Origin: Abditibacterium sp.
GTDB taxonomy: Bacteria; Armatimonadota; Abditibacteriia; Abditibacteriales; Abditibacteriaceae
Reading direction: 5' to 3'
Length of the DNA stretch: 64,000 bases
Assembly (NCBI GenBank): GCA_965199495.1
Contig: CBDASK010000003.1
Coordinates: forward strand, 1,344,001-1,408,000
The first letter of the stretch is position 1. The number at the start of each line of letters is the position of its first letter. Both the position numbers and the translations under genes were made by a program. The notes below the pieces were generated by a model. The model was given only the letters and a program-made list of their open reading frames with translations. It was not told where the DNA came from and did no database searches. Shown here in pieces: positions 21,561 to 32,014 of the stretch.

Positions 21561-23834
21561 CTAATTTTCTTTCGGGGCGCGTCCAAACGGGTCTTCGCCG
21601 GTTTCAACGGATTGCGCTTCGAGAGTTTGGGCCGCGCCGTTGCTCGCGCCGTGGCCGTTGTTTTCGGGTGATGTGCCGTTGGGAGTGGCCGCAAGATTGG
21701 TTTTGAGCGAGCGCGGGCCGGAGCCGTCGGAATCGAGCAATTTCTCATTTTCCGACCCCTGTTCCAATGAATAATAACCGCTGTAGTATTCGTAGGAGAG
21801 CGCGCCCTTGCCGTTGTTGACTTTGTTGAAGACGATGCCGATCAAATTGGCGTGCGCCTGGCGCAAGAGTTCGAAGGCGCGCTGGGTGCCCGAACGCGCC
21901 ACGCTACCCATTTGCATCACGAAAACCACGCCATCAACTTTGGCCGCGAGCAACTGCGAATCCGCAGTCGCCAGCAGTGGTGGCGTATCAATAATGACCA
22001 AATCGGCGTCGGCTTCGAGTTCGCGCAATACCGCGTCCATCGCGGGCGAGTTGAGCAGTTCCGCCGGGTTAGGCGGCAACGCGCCCGCACTGAGGAGTCG
22101 CAGACCGGGCACATGGGTTTGCTGCAACGCATCTTTGAGCGCGACTTCGCCCACCAAAACGTTGGTCAGACCGGGCTGACGCTTGCCACCCAGGCGCTCG
22201 TGCATCGTCGGACGATGCAAGTCGGCGTCGACCAAAACCACGCGACGTCCATCAAGCGCCATTGTAATGGCCAGGTTGGAAGTGACATAGCTTTTGCCTT
22301 CGCTGGGGACGGCGCTGGTGATTTGCAGTTTCTTGCCCTGGGTATTGACGAGAGCAAACTGCACGTTGGAGCGCAGAGCGCGGAACGATTCCAGCATCAA
22401 ACGGTCGGGGTTTTCCAGATTAATAATTTGGTTTTGGTCATCGCCGGACAAACGCGGGAAGTAACCCAAAATGGGCGCGCCCAACAGTTGGCGCGCTTCC
22501 TCTTCGTCACGCACGCGATCGTCGAGCGCATCGTGAATCAATGCGGCAGCGCAAGCCAGTAACGCGCCTAAGAAGACCCCCAGGATCAGGCTGCGCTTGG
22601 GCTGGGGCGCGATTTTCTCGGCGGAACCACTGGGCGCAATCGTGGTCACGGGCGCGCTCGCGGCTCCGAGAGCGTTGCTTCTCACGGTCAGATCGCGCAC
22701 GTTGGCGCCGCCGTCTTGCACCGCTTTGCGCGTGGATTCCAATTGACGGTTGAGTTGCGCGCCCTCACGTTGGGTTTGGGTGAAACCTTTGAGTCCCTGT
22801 TCCTGCGCGGCGATTTGCTTTTGCAACTCCCCAATCGCGGCTTGCTGGGCCTGCAAATCGGCGCGCACGCTGGCGATTTTGTTTCGGGTGTCCACAACGG
22901 CAGGGTTGGGCGTGCGGCTGTTGGTGGTGATAGTGGGCGGCGTGTTTGAGATGCGGCGCTCCAAATCCTTGATTTTGGCCGCGTTCTGGCGCATCGGATC
23001 GGCGTTGTCTTTATAAAGGAATGAGAGGCGATTGCGCTCGCTTTTGAGATCAGCCAACTGGTTGCGCAGCAGCTCGATTTGCGGATTGGTCGTGGTAACA
23101 GGCGTATTGATAAAGGGCGGCAAACCGCTGAGTTCGGATTGAAGCGCGGCGATTTGCGCCTGCAAACTGGAAGCATTGGCGCGCGCGCTGTCCAGGGACG
23201 CTTTGCTTTGCGAAAGCGCAGCGATGGCGTTATTGGCTTCGCTATCAACGTCCACGATACCTTTACTGTTTTTGAAATCGGTCAGCGCGCGTTCGGTGTC
23301 CTGCAATTTCTGAGTTTGGGTTTTTAAATCCTGCGTGGCAAAGTTGAGTTGCGCCCTGACTTCGCGTAAGCGGTCATTGCTGCGATTATCCCGATAAACT
23401 TCGGGCAACGCAGCCATGAATTTTTCCACGCCCTCTTTGGACTGTGACACGCCCGTGAGCAAAATCGCGCGTGAGGTTCCTACGCGCGTGGCGGTCAAAT
23501 CGACTGAATTAGGATTGATTTTAGCTTCTTTATAAACACTGTTCAAAATCAACGGCGAAGTCACGAGTTGCATCTGCGTCTCGATCTCCAAATTGGTCTG
23601 CGTATTGAAAATCGCCTCCAGATCACCACTGCTGGAAGAGCTTTTACTCTGATCTTCCAGAATAACAGTCGTCGAAGCGAGGTATTGCGGCTTGGTCAAA
23701 AGCGTCATCAGGATGACCGCCGCCAACACCGCAACAAAAGTGATGAACGCAGTGCTGCGCCGCCGCGAAAGCACGGCCAGAAAATCGCGCAATGACAGCG
23801 AGGGCACCAGAACTTCGGAATCTTCAGTGTTCAT
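21561..23834 (-). CDS. wzc: Polysaccharide co-polymerase / BY-kinase
   Basis: Two TM helices flanking a coiled coil, ESFRALRSN, SAVPSEGKS, VDADLHRP, IDTPP and a C-terminal Tyr cluster SYEYYSGYY. Confidence 0.92.
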   Translation of the reverse strand: MNTEDSEVLVPSLSLRDFLAVLSRRRSTAFITFVAVLAAVILMTLLTKPQYLASTTVILEDQSKSSSSSGDLEAIFNTQTNLEIETQMQLVTSPLILNSVYKEAKINPNSVDLTATRVGTSRAILLTGVSQSKEGVEKFMAALPEVYRDNRSNDRLREVRAQLNFATQDLKTQTQKLQDTERALTDFKNSKGIVDVDSEANNAIAALSQSKASLDSARANASSLQAQIAALQSELSGLPPFINTPVTTTNPQIELLRNQLADLKSERNRLSFLYKDNADPMRQNAAKIKDLERRISNTPPTITTNSRTPNPAVVDTRNKIASVRADLQAQQAAIGELQKQIAAQEQGLKGFTQTQREGAQLNRQLESTRKAVQDGGANVRDLTVRSNALGAASAPVTTIAPSGSAEKIAPQPKRSLILGVFLGALLACAAALIHDALDDRVRDEEEARQLLGAPILGYFPRLSGDDQNQIINLENPDRLMLESFRALRSNVQFALVNTQGKKLQITSAVPSEGKSYVTSNLAITMALDGRRVVLVDADLHRPTMHERLGGKRQPGLTNVLVGEVALKDALQQTHVPGLRLLSAGALPPNPAELLNSPAMDAVLRELEADADLVIIDTPPLLATADSQLLAAKVDGVVFVMQMGSVARSGTQRAFELLRQAHANLIGIVFNKVNNGKGALSYEYYSGYYSLEQGSENEKLLDSDGSGPRSLKTNLAATPNGTSPENNGHGASNGAAQTLEAQSVETGEDPFGRAPKEN

Positions 23835-24463
23835 AATCTGCGGATTTCGCGGTGTAATTTGGGTGGATATAGAGATAGGTGCTCCTTCTTGGATGTATAT
23901 GACCGTTTTCCAAACGGCTTTGTTTAACGTTTGTTCCTATCCGCGCCAAACAACCCACGTTGATTGTAAAGTTGACGCAAACTAAGTAGCGAATTCACGG
24001 CGTTCAGGCGCTAATATTGAGCGACAAGCGGCAATTCGCACGAGGAATTCGCCATAGTTTAAGCCATTGGCATTCCCATCGCCCATGCGCAAGTCATGGA
24101 AAAAGCGGTTTTGGCTCACGATTTTTGTGTTTCCGGCGTTTGATGCCGATTCTCTACGGCATGAACACCGCAATTTTTGACCGTGAGCAGAGGCGAATTG
24201 TCCCAGACAAGCCAAATTTGATTGTCCCAAATTTTGGGTTTATAAATCTAATCTCATGCTTTTGCCCTGGGGCAGTATCGCCTAAGCCGCCAAGTTGCAC
24301 CTGCAAACAGGTAAAATATCTTTCCGTCCTTATGGGCTTTATTGCATGAATCAGAAGCGCAATGGTTTCCACATTTAGCTTGGATTCGGCAGCTTTGCGG
24401 CTGCGCATCAGTTTAAGCGTGAACTTCGCGCTTTTTTGGATTTGTGTAACAAAACCATCCTTT

Positions 24464-26932
24464 ATGCAAATTATAACTCTCCCGACAGAGTGGCAACTGT
24501 GCGCCGTAGGCCGCACCGACCAAGTTCCCGATAACGTTTTAAACCGCGAAATTCCCGCCCAAGTGCCGGGTTGCGTGCATCTCGATTTGATGCGCGAAAA
24601 TTTGATTCCCGATCCATATCTCGATTTAAACGAAGCCTTAGTTCAATGGATCGGCTTCACCGACTGGGAATATTCGACGCGTTTTGAAATCGGCAAAAAC
24701 GATTTAGCCGAAGAACGCGTGGATTTGGTGTGCGAAGGTTTGGATACCATCGCCACGGTTTGGGTCAACGATGTCGAAGTCGGCCATTCCGAAAATATGC
24801 ACGTCGAGCGGCGTTATTCGATCAAAGAGCAGTTGCGCGAAGGTGAGAACACGATTCGGATTCGCTTCGATTCGGCGGTTTATTATGCGCGCGCGCGCCG
24901 CGACGAACTGGGCGATTTGCCGCACGCGAACGTGTCGGGCGCCGAGCCGTTTCACTTCATCCGCAAGAACGCCTGTAACTTCGGCTGGGATTGGGGGCCG
25001 GGCCTTACGACGGCGGGCGTGTGGAAGCCGATTCGTCTGGAGGCGTGGAGCGTCGCGCGCATCAAAAGCGTGCGGCCTCTGGTGAAAGTCGCCAACGAGA
25101 AAGTCGCGGTTGTCGATGTGGAAGTTGAATATGAAACAACGGGCGACTTTACGACTTACGGCTTCTCTGGAATGATTTCAACTGAAGACGCAGATTACAA
25201 TTTTCCTGCGCCAACTTCCGGCGGACGCGATGAGAATAAAGACACTTGGACTTTTTATAATCAAAATCCGAGATTATGGTGGCCCCGTGGCTATGGCGAG
25301 CAGAACCTTTATAATCTTAGAATTTCCATTTCTGGCGAATCAATGAAAAAGTTGGACACGTTCGAGTGCCAAATCGGTCTCCGCGAAGTCGAACTCGACA
25401 CTTCGCCCGATGAGATTGGCGCGGCTTGGACGGTGAAGATTAACGGCAAAGAGGTTTGGTGCAAGGGCGCCAACTGGATTCCCGATGATGTGTTTCTCAC
25501 GCGCGCCAATGATCCGGCACGGTTGCGGGCGCGCTTGACGCAGGCGCGCGACGCGGGCATGAATATGATGCGCATCTGGGGCGGCGGCATCTACGAAACC
25601 GACGACTTTTACGACATCTGCGACGAACTCGGTCTGCTCGTCTGGCAGGACTTTACCTTCGCCTGCGCCGCCTACCCCGAAGATGCAGCCACGGCGGCCA
25701 GCATCGAGGAAGAGGCGCGCTTTAACGTGACGCGTTTGAGCCGTCATCCGAGTCTGGTTTTGTGGAACGGCTGCAACGAGAATATCTGGGGCTACTTCGA
25801 TTGGGGTTGGGAAGCCAAATTGGACGGCAAACCGTGGGGCGCGCTCTATTATTTCGATGTGCTGCCGAAGGTTGTGGCCGAACTCGATCCGACGCGGCCC
25901 TACTGGGCGGGTTCGCCCTTTAGCGGCTCGATGGAGATTCATCCCAACGCCGACGCCTACGGCAACAAGCATATGTGGGACACCTGGAACGACGTGAATT
26001 TCACCTTTTTCAGACGCTATAGTCCGCGCTTCGCCAGCGAGTTCGGCCATCAGGCGCCGCCGAATTACTCGACATTGGCGCGCGCGATTCCCACCGACAA
26101 ACGCGATCCGATGTCGGTTTCGATGCTATCGCATCAGAAAGCGCACGGCGGCAACGAGAAGTTGCACGCGCGCTTGTTGGAACATTTCGCCATGCCCGAA
26201 GGTTTGGACGATTGGCTTTATCTGACGCAATTAGTTCAGGCCAGAGCCATGACGACGGCGTGCGAATGGTTTCGCACGCGCTCGCAGTGCCGGGGCGCGT
26301 TGTATTGGCAACTCAACGATTGTTGGCCGGTGATATCGTGGGCCGCAATTGACGGCGACGGCCAACCGAAGCCGCTGTATTACGCGACGAAACGTTTCTT
26401 TCGCGAGCGATTGCTAACGATTCAGCCGGACGGCGCGGGGCTGGCGTTGTGGGCGCATAATGATAGCGACGAAGTTTGGGTTGATGATTGTTGGATTCAA
26501 CAATATTCGATGGAATATAAACAGATAGAATGGTTTCATCTACCTTTACTCATCCAGCCACGCACCTTAATTAAAGTTGATACATTGGAGCCTTTTGCGC
26601 CAAACAAAGATAGCTTCTTGGTAGCAAACACGAAGGAGGGCGAGCGTTACGGTGAAGCGTTCTGGTTCTTCGACGCCGACAAAAATCTGCGCTATCCCGA
26701 ACCGAAATGGACGACCGAGATTGACGGTTCAACATTGCGCGTCAAAGCGGCGACGTTGTTGCGCGATTTGACAATTAACGTGGATCGGTTCGGCGGTTCT
26801 ATCGCCGAGAATGGCGTGACTCTGTTGCCGGGCGAGACTTGGGAAATCGAGATTACGGGCGCGGATTTGGCGGCGGTGGACTTCGGCGGGCGCCCGATTG
26901 TGCAGTGCGCGAATTGGTATGGGGCGAAGTAG
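24464..26932 (+). CDS. GH2 beta-mannosidase
   Basis: FGWDWGP, KGANWIP, RIWGGGIYE, WNGCNEN, SEFG and YWQLNDCWP. Confidence 0.9.
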   Translation: MQIITLPTEWQLCAVGRTDQVPDNVLNREIPAQVPGCVHLDLMRENLIPDPYLDLNEALVQWIGFTDWEYSTRFEIGKNDLAEERVDLVCEGLDTIATVWVNDVEVGHSENMHVERRYSIKEQLREGENTIRIRFDSAVYYARARRDELGDLPHANVSGAEPFHFIRKNACNFGWDWGPGLTTAGVWKPIRLEAWSVARIKSVRPLVKVANEKVAVVDVEVEYETTGDFTTYGFSGMISTEDADYNFPAPTSGGRDENKDTWTFYNQNPRLWWPRGYGEQNLYNLRISISGESMKKLDTFECQIGLREVELDTSPDEIGAAWTVKINGKEVWCKGANWIPDDVFLTRANDPARLRARLTQARDAGMNMMRIWGGGIYETDDFYDICDELGLLVWQDFTFACAAYPEDAATAASIEEEARFNVTRLSRHPSLVLWNGCNENIWGYFDWGWEAKLDGKPWGALYYFDVLPKVVAELDPTRPYWAGSPFSGSMEIHPNADAYGNKHMWDTWNDVNFTFFRRYSPRFASEFGHQAPPNYSTLARAIPTDKRDPMSVSMLSHQKAHGGNEKLHARLLEHFAMPEGLDDWLYLTQLVQARAMTTACEWFRTRSQCRGALYWQLNDCWPVISWAAIDGDGQPKPLYYATKRFFRERLLTIQPDGAGLALWAHNDSDEVWVDDCWIQQYSMEYKQIEWFHLPLLIQPRTLIKVDTLEPFAPNKDSFLVANTKEGERYGEAFWFFDADKNLRYPEPKWTTEIDGSTLRVKAATLLRDLTINVDRFGGSIAENGVTLLPGETWEIEITGADLAAVDFGGRPIVQCANWYGAK

Positions 26933-27023
26933 AGACAGCGATTTATCGTGTCTAAAACGTCGGAGTTGCTTCAATTGTAGAAGAGAATCGAATATTTTAG
27001 ACACGACAAGTCGGTGTCTCTAC
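26929..27023. repeat. GTAG-type REP doublet (REPIN)
   Basis: GTAGAGACAGCGATTTATCGTGTCTAAAA (26929-26957) and an inverted copy at 26995-27023. Each unit is its own hairpin. Confidence 0.8.
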
Positions 27024-27107
27024 AAGGCGCAGTAACACCAATTCGTAACGCAACGCCTCGCCAACGCCACGGGAAAACGCCAAACTGGTCGAAACTTAAA
27101 ATAGCCA

Positions 27108-29420
27108 ATGTCCTTTCGCAGCAACTTATCTCCCGACCAGAAGATGATCATCATCGTGGCGATCTGGGCGCTTGTCATCGGCGCGACCGCCATCACGCTT
27201 TACGAACTCACGCCGCCGCCCGCTCCGCCAACGCCCGTCGTGCCCGCCACCGTCGGTGAATCGGCGCCCGCGACTGGCGAAGAGCGCGTTTTCACCGCGC
27301 CCGGCGCGCCCGCGCCGAGCGAAACCCCCGCGCCCGACGCGCCGAATCAGCCACAAGTTTTTACCGCGCCCGGCGCACAGCCACCGGGCGCGCAACCGCA
27401 AAGCGGGCCGGGCGGAGCGCCGCCGAACAATGGGCCGCGCATCGCCAACAATTCGGGCATGGGCAATCGCCCGATGCCGATTCCGCAAATGCAGCCACCG
27501 CGTTCGATGAATGCTGGCGGCCCATTGCCGATGCTTCCGCCGCCACCGGGCGCGAACCGCAATCGGCCTTCGACGCCGCAGGTCAACGCGGGCGCGCAAC
27601 AGGCGTTCGAGGCGGGCAACGCGGCGTTGCGCGCGGGCGATAAGAACAAAGCCGCGTCCGAGTTCGCACGCGCGGTGCAGTTGGCGCCCGATAATATGCC
27701 GTCGCGTTTGAATTTGGCGAGCGTTTATTTGGACTTGAAGCAACCGGACAAAGCGATTCCGCATTTGCGCGAAGTCGCCACGCGTGACCCGAAAAACGCG
27801 GGCGTGCAGTTCACCCTCGCGCGCGCACTGTTGTCGCAAAAGCAGTTGGACGAAGCCCTGCCCTATCTGCGTAAAACCGTTCAGTTGGCGCCGCAAGAAC
27901 GCGAAGCGAAAGTTTTGTTGGCGCAGGTTTTGTTCGATAAAAAGCAGCCGCAAGAATCTTATAAACAGTGGGCGAGTTTGGCGCAGCAAAATCCCAAAGA
28001 CCTCGAAGCGCAGATGCAAGCGGCGGGTTTGGCAAACGACGTTTTGAAGCAACCGGCGCAGGCAGAAAAGTGGTTGCGCCGCGCCGTGGCTGCCGCGCCG
28101 CGCGCGCCGCAACCAGCATTGATGTTGGGCCAAATTTTGTTAAGTCGCAAAGACGCCAAAGGCGCCGCCGCCGTTTTAACCAAAGCCGCGCAAGCCAATA
28201 CGGGCGAGTTCGCGGTTTATCCGTTATTAGCCGACGCGCGCACGGCGGCGGGCGATACCAAAGGCGCGGCGAGCGCGCTGCAAAGCGCGTTGGGCAAATT
28301 GCCAAGCGGCAAAACCGACGCGCAACGCGCCAATATTCGCGCGACCGAAGGGGCGCTTCGTCTGGCTCTGGGCCGCACTTTGGGCGCGGATAAACAGAAT
28401 AAAGAAGCGCGCGTCCAATTCGATAAAGCGGCGGCACTCTTGCCCAAAGACCCGCAGCCACGCGCGCTGGGCGCCATTGCGGCGCTGCAACTCAAGGACG
28501 ATGCGGGCGCGATTAGCGGTTTCAAAAGCGCTTTGGCGCTCGATCCCAAGCGCGCGCAAGACCGCAAAACTTTGGCGCAGTTGTTGGCGCAAAACAAACA
28601 GTGGAAAGAGGCCGACGCGCAGTTCGCGACCTACGCGCAGAGCCAGCCCGGCGACGCCGACGCGTTGTTGCAATGGGCGAGCGTCGCCGACCAACTCAAA
28701 GACCCGGCGCGTTCGGCGCAGGTTTTGGGCAAAGCCGTCCAAGCCGCGCCCCGCAACGCGGCGGCTTGGACGCAGTTGGCACTGGCCCAACGCGCAAGCG
28801 GCGATAAAAAAGGCGCGTTGGCTTCGTTTAACCAACTGAATAAATTGAAGCCAAACGACGCCGATTCGCTTTACGAAACCGCGCGATTGCAAAGCGAATT
28901 GGGCGACAACACAGCGGCGTTTAGCAATTTCAAAAGCGCCATCGCGGCGCGTCCCCAAGCGACCGAGGCGTATGGGGCGATGCTCGAAGCCGCCGACAAA
29001 GCCGGGCAAAACGCGAGCGCGCGCCAGTTTTTGGTGAGCCAGATGGCGAAAAAAGAGAACGTCGCCGCGCTCAAACAGGTGTTGGATTTTTATCAACGCA
29101 AAAATCAGAGCGCACAGGCGCGCGATTTTTTGACCGACTTAGTCGCGCGCGCGCCCAAACAAGATGCTGCCCGCACCGCGCTCGACGCAATGAAAGGCGC
29201 GTCTGCCGCGCCCGCCTCGGCGCCGTTGCCGACCAAAACGCCGCCGATAAAATTAGCCGCCGTTCCCACGCCGGAGCCGACTGCGACACCAATGGTGCAA
29301 CCCGCGACGCAACCGGTGGCTGTGCCGACGATGAAATCGGTTATCGCGCCGCGCAAAGCGGTGAAGCATCAGGCAATCTCTCAAGATGTTCCGTTGGTTT
29401 CGACACAACCGACGCCTTAA
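27108..29420 (+). CDS. Membrane-anchored TPR-repeat protein with Pro-rich linker
   Basis: N-terminal TM helix, Pro/Ala/Gln-rich stretch and many ~34-aa helical repeats (A..L.P.N). Confidence 0.85.
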   Translation: MSFRSNLSPDQKMIIIVAIWALVIGATAITLYELTPPPAPPTPVVPATVGESAPATGEERVFTAPGAPAPSETPAPDAPNQPQVFTAPGAQPPGAQPQSGPGGAPPNNGPRIANNSGMGNRPMPIPQMQPPRSMNAGGPLPMLPPPPGANRNRPSTPQVNAGAQQAFEAGNAALRAGDKNKAASEFARAVQLAPDNMPSRLNLASVYLDLKQPDKAIPHLREVATRDPKNAGVQFTLARALLSQKQLDEALPYLRKTVQLAPQEREAKVLLAQVLFDKKQPQESYKQWASLAQQNPKDLEAQMQAAGLANDVLKQPAQAEKWLRRAVAAAPRAPQPALMLGQILLSRKDAKGAAAVLTKAAQANTGEFAVYPLLADARTAAGDTKGAASALQSALGKLPSGKTDAQRANIRATEGALRLALGRTLGADKQNKEARVQFDKAAALLPKDPQPRALGAIAALQLKDDAGAISGFKSALALDPKRAQDRKTLAQLLAQNKQWKEADAQFATYAQSQPGDADALLQWASVADQLKDPARSAQVLGKAVQAAPRNAAAWTQLALAQRASGDKKGALASFNQLNKLKPNDADSLYETARLQSELGDNTAAFSNFKSAIAARPQATEAYGAMLEAADKAGQNASARQFLVSQMAKKENVAALKQVLDFYQRKNQSAQARDFLTDLVARAPKQDAARTALDAMKGASAAPASAPLPTKTPPIKLAAVPTPEPTATPMVQPATQPVAVPTMKSVIAPRKAVKHQAISQDVPLVSTQPTP

Positions 29421-29439
29421 CGCTCGTTCTAAAACTCCC

Positions 29440-29970
29440 ATGACAATCGTTGAGCGCGTTACTCGCTGGCCTTATTTTTGGGGATTTTTTGTGGGCGGAG
29501 CTGCTTTGCCGCTATTTTATTGGATAAGTTGGGCTTTTTTCTTGTTCATATTTCCGCGAGTTCGCTCGGAGTTGCAAGGCGATTCAATCATTGACGAAGT
29601 TCAATTTTTGGCTATCGGCGCGACTTTTTTGCAACTCTTTCGCGGAGCGTTGCTCGGTTGGGCGACCGAGTTATGGTTTCATGCCCACATGAGCGAATCT
29701 TGGATGGCTCGCCCTTTGGCGATTCTTACGGGCGCCATTGGCATCTGGTTTTTCGGCCCGATGGTGTGGCTCAACTGGAATGCGCTTCCGCTTCTTCTGA
29801 ACCATTATGAAGAAGCACCACGTTTAGCCGAAGCGGTTCATCTCGCCTTTGTTGATGCTGGCTCCTTGCTGTGGTCAATCGCTTTAATACTCGCTGGTGT
29901 TTTTGCGCCTAAACCATCAAAGCGCGGGGGAAAACCGAACCTTGAACAGCGCTTTAGTTCGCAATTCTAA
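29440..29970 (+). CDS. Hypothetical membrane protein (about 4 TM)
   Basis: Hydrophobic, Trp/Phe-rich ORF directly after the TPR gene. Confidence 0.6.
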   Translation: MTIVERVTRWPYFWGFFVGGAALPLFYWISWAFFLFIFPRVRSELQGDSIIDEVQFLAIGATFLQLFRGALLGWATELWFHAHMSESWMARPLAILTGAIGIWFFGPMVWLNWNALPLLLNHYEEAPRLAEAVHLAFVDAGSLLWSIALILAGVFAPKPSKRGGKPNLEQRFSSQF

Positions 29971-30394
29971 TCTCCACGCGTCGCCCGTTCCCTTCGATAC
30001 TAATGGCGATATTCCATGTCGCGCGTGGCAGCCACGCCGCGATCATCGAAGGCCACTCGACGACTCGCACGGCATCGGTGCGACCGAAAAAATCTTCCAA
30101 TCCGGTGTCGCGCAGTTCGTCCCAACCCAGATTTTCCATGCGATAGGCGTCCAAATGCAACAACGGCGGTGAGCCAGGATATTCGTTCATCAACACAAAC
30201 GTCGGCGAAGTCACATCTTCCCGAATGCCCAGGGCGCGCGCTAAACCTTGCGTCAGAGTCGTTTTGCCTGCGCCCAATGGGCCGCTCAGCGTCACAAGGT
30301 CGCCGGGCTGGAGACGTGCGCCCAATGCTTCGCCCCACGCGCGCAATGCAGGGGCGTCGGGGAGAAATTGGCTTTGTTGTAAGTCGGGTTGCAT
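29954..30394 (-). CDS. tsaE: tRNA threonylcarbamoyladenosine biosynthesis ATPase
   Basis: LSGPLGAGKTT, VTSPTF, HLDAYR and VEW. Confidence 0.93.
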   Translation of the reverse strand: MQPDLQQSQFLPDAPALRAWGEALGARLQPGDLVTLSGPLGAGKTTLTQGLARALGIREDVTSPTFVLMNEYPGSPPLLHLDAYRMENLGWDELRDTGLEDFFGRTDAVRVVEWPSMIAAWLPRATWNIAISIEGNGRRVEIRIAN

Positions 30395-30689
30395 CAAAAA
30401 AGGGAAATCTATCGAAATGGCCAAAACGCGGTAAGTAAAAAAATTGACAAAGTTTGCGGCGTAAACCTACAATTTATCAGGGGATGCGAGCGCAATCATG
30501 GCGCCAAAAAGTTGAGTTAAGGCCAAGGCTATGCAAGTAGTGGAAAAGTGTGGAATAACTTGAGCAAGCCGTGACTGTGGCTGATTTGGCGATTTCGCAT
30601 CCAAAGTTTGGCAGAGTTGTCCCATTGTTAGCTTTTTGGCTTCGAGTAAACGCGCATTTGCGCAATTTGTCGGTGTTTCAGGAAAATCT

Positions 30690-31652
30690 ATGATCTCTCG
30701 TCTTCGGCCCTGTGGCCCTCTTCGCACTTCGCGTTTGCGCACCTCGCGCGCGCTGGGCTTGCTGCCCGTTTTGGCGCTTTCGGGCGCGTTGCTTTTGAGT
30801 TCTGCCGCGCACGCGCAGACGACCATCACCAAAGATGGCAGTTCCGCCGTCGGTTTCGTGCCCGGCTCGCCCACGCGCGCCGGAGCCGTCACGGTTGTGG
30901 CGGCTGCCGTTGATACGTCGGGCGATGCTGAAGTCGCCAAGCGCGCGCTGGCTTATGCCAACCAAGCGCTCAAAGCCACGCCGGGTTACAGCCCGATGGC
31001 CGATTCGGATTACAAACCGCTCAGCGAAAAGCTGGCCAAGGAGGCCACCAAAACCGATTGGGGCTGGCCCTTCACCGCGAGCGATTACCAGAAAATCGGC
31101 AAGCTGGGCAAAACGCCCAACGCCATGACGATCACGGTTTCGCCGACGGGCAACGGCTACGACGCGGTCGCCGAAATGTATGACACCGCGCGCGGCGCTC
31201 TCGTTGGCTATGGCAAAGCCAGCGCGACTGGCGATGATGCATTGCAAAATTCCATCGGTGACGCAGTGACGCAGTTGGGCGCAACCGTCACGCTCGATGG
31301 CATCGTGATTTCCAAGCCCAACGGTTATCTGGCGCGTCTGTCGCTGGGCACGCTGGCGGGCGCGCGCGGCGGGGCGCGCGTCGAATATTTGGACGGCGCA
31401 GGCAACCCGATTGCTTATGGCACCATTTTCGACATCGCGCCCGGCGAAGCTCTGGCGACTGTCGCGCCCGAAACGGCCTATTCGCAATTGTTCGTCAATA
31501 CCAAAGTGCGTTTGGTCAACAACCCGACGCTCAAACGCGCCCTGCCCGATTTTACCAAACAGTCCGAGCAAGAATTCAACAAATTCCAGAACCAATTCGG
31601 CGTGGCTGTGGCGGCGGCGGCGGCGATTTATTATATCGCGGGCGGCAAATAA
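30690..31652 (+). CDS. Hypothetical exported protein
   Basis: Signal peptide ending AHA-Q, hydrophobic C-terminal tail, followed by a terminator. Confidence 0.75.
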   Translation: MISRLRPCGPLRTSRLRTSRALGLLPVLALSGALLLSSAAHAQTTITKDGSSAVGFVPGSPTRAGAVTVVAAAVDTSGDAEVAKRALAYANQALKATPGYSPMADSDYKPLSEKLAKEATKTDWGWPFTASDYQKIGKLGKTPNAMTITVSPTGNGYDAVAEMYDTARGALVGYGKASATGDDALQNSIGDAVTQLGATVTLDGIVISKPNGYLARLSLGTLAGARGGARVEYLDGAGNPIAYGTIFDIAPGEALATVAPETAYSQLFVNTKVRLVNNPTLKRALPDFTKQSEQEFNKFQNQFGVAVAAAAAIYYIAGGK

Positions 31653-31673
31653 ACTTAAAAGCCAACACTTCTC

Positions 31674-31717
31674 AAACGTTTCGAGGGTGAAAAACCCTCG
31701 GAACGTTTTGTTTTTTG
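31674..31717 (+). terminator. Intrinsic terminator
   Basis: AAACGTTTCGAGGGT-GAAAA-ACCCTCGGAACGTTT followed by a T-rich tail. Confidence 0.75.
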
Positions 31718-32014
31718 CTGCTTTTCACGGGTAAATAAAAATAACAGAGTTGACTTGCGTGCGTTTACGGTAAAATAAAAGGAAGAAACATCGCGTTCCT
31801 TTCAACCAACGAGCGAATCGGGCCTGATGGCAGTTGCGGCAATTGACAGCAGCCACGGCGCGTTCTAAAATTTAGACACCTCGCTTTTTCCGTTTTCAAG
31901 GCGCTCTTGCAAAAGGGCGACGATGCGAAGGACGGAATGGGCGCGCGATTCCAATCTGTTTCATCGAACGTCAGTAACTCAAACAACTATGCTATTTCTG
32001 CGGAGGATTTCCCT

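Noticed and set aside
23940..24040. GACGCAAA suggesting a c-di-GMP-I riboswitch
   Set aside because: No GGCAAAC/GAAA P2 stem, and it is oriented away from the polysaccharide operon.
23982..24516. Short ORFs in the wzc/mannosidase intergenic region
   Set aside because: Mutually overlapping, with no motifs or RBS; likely a divergent promoter region.
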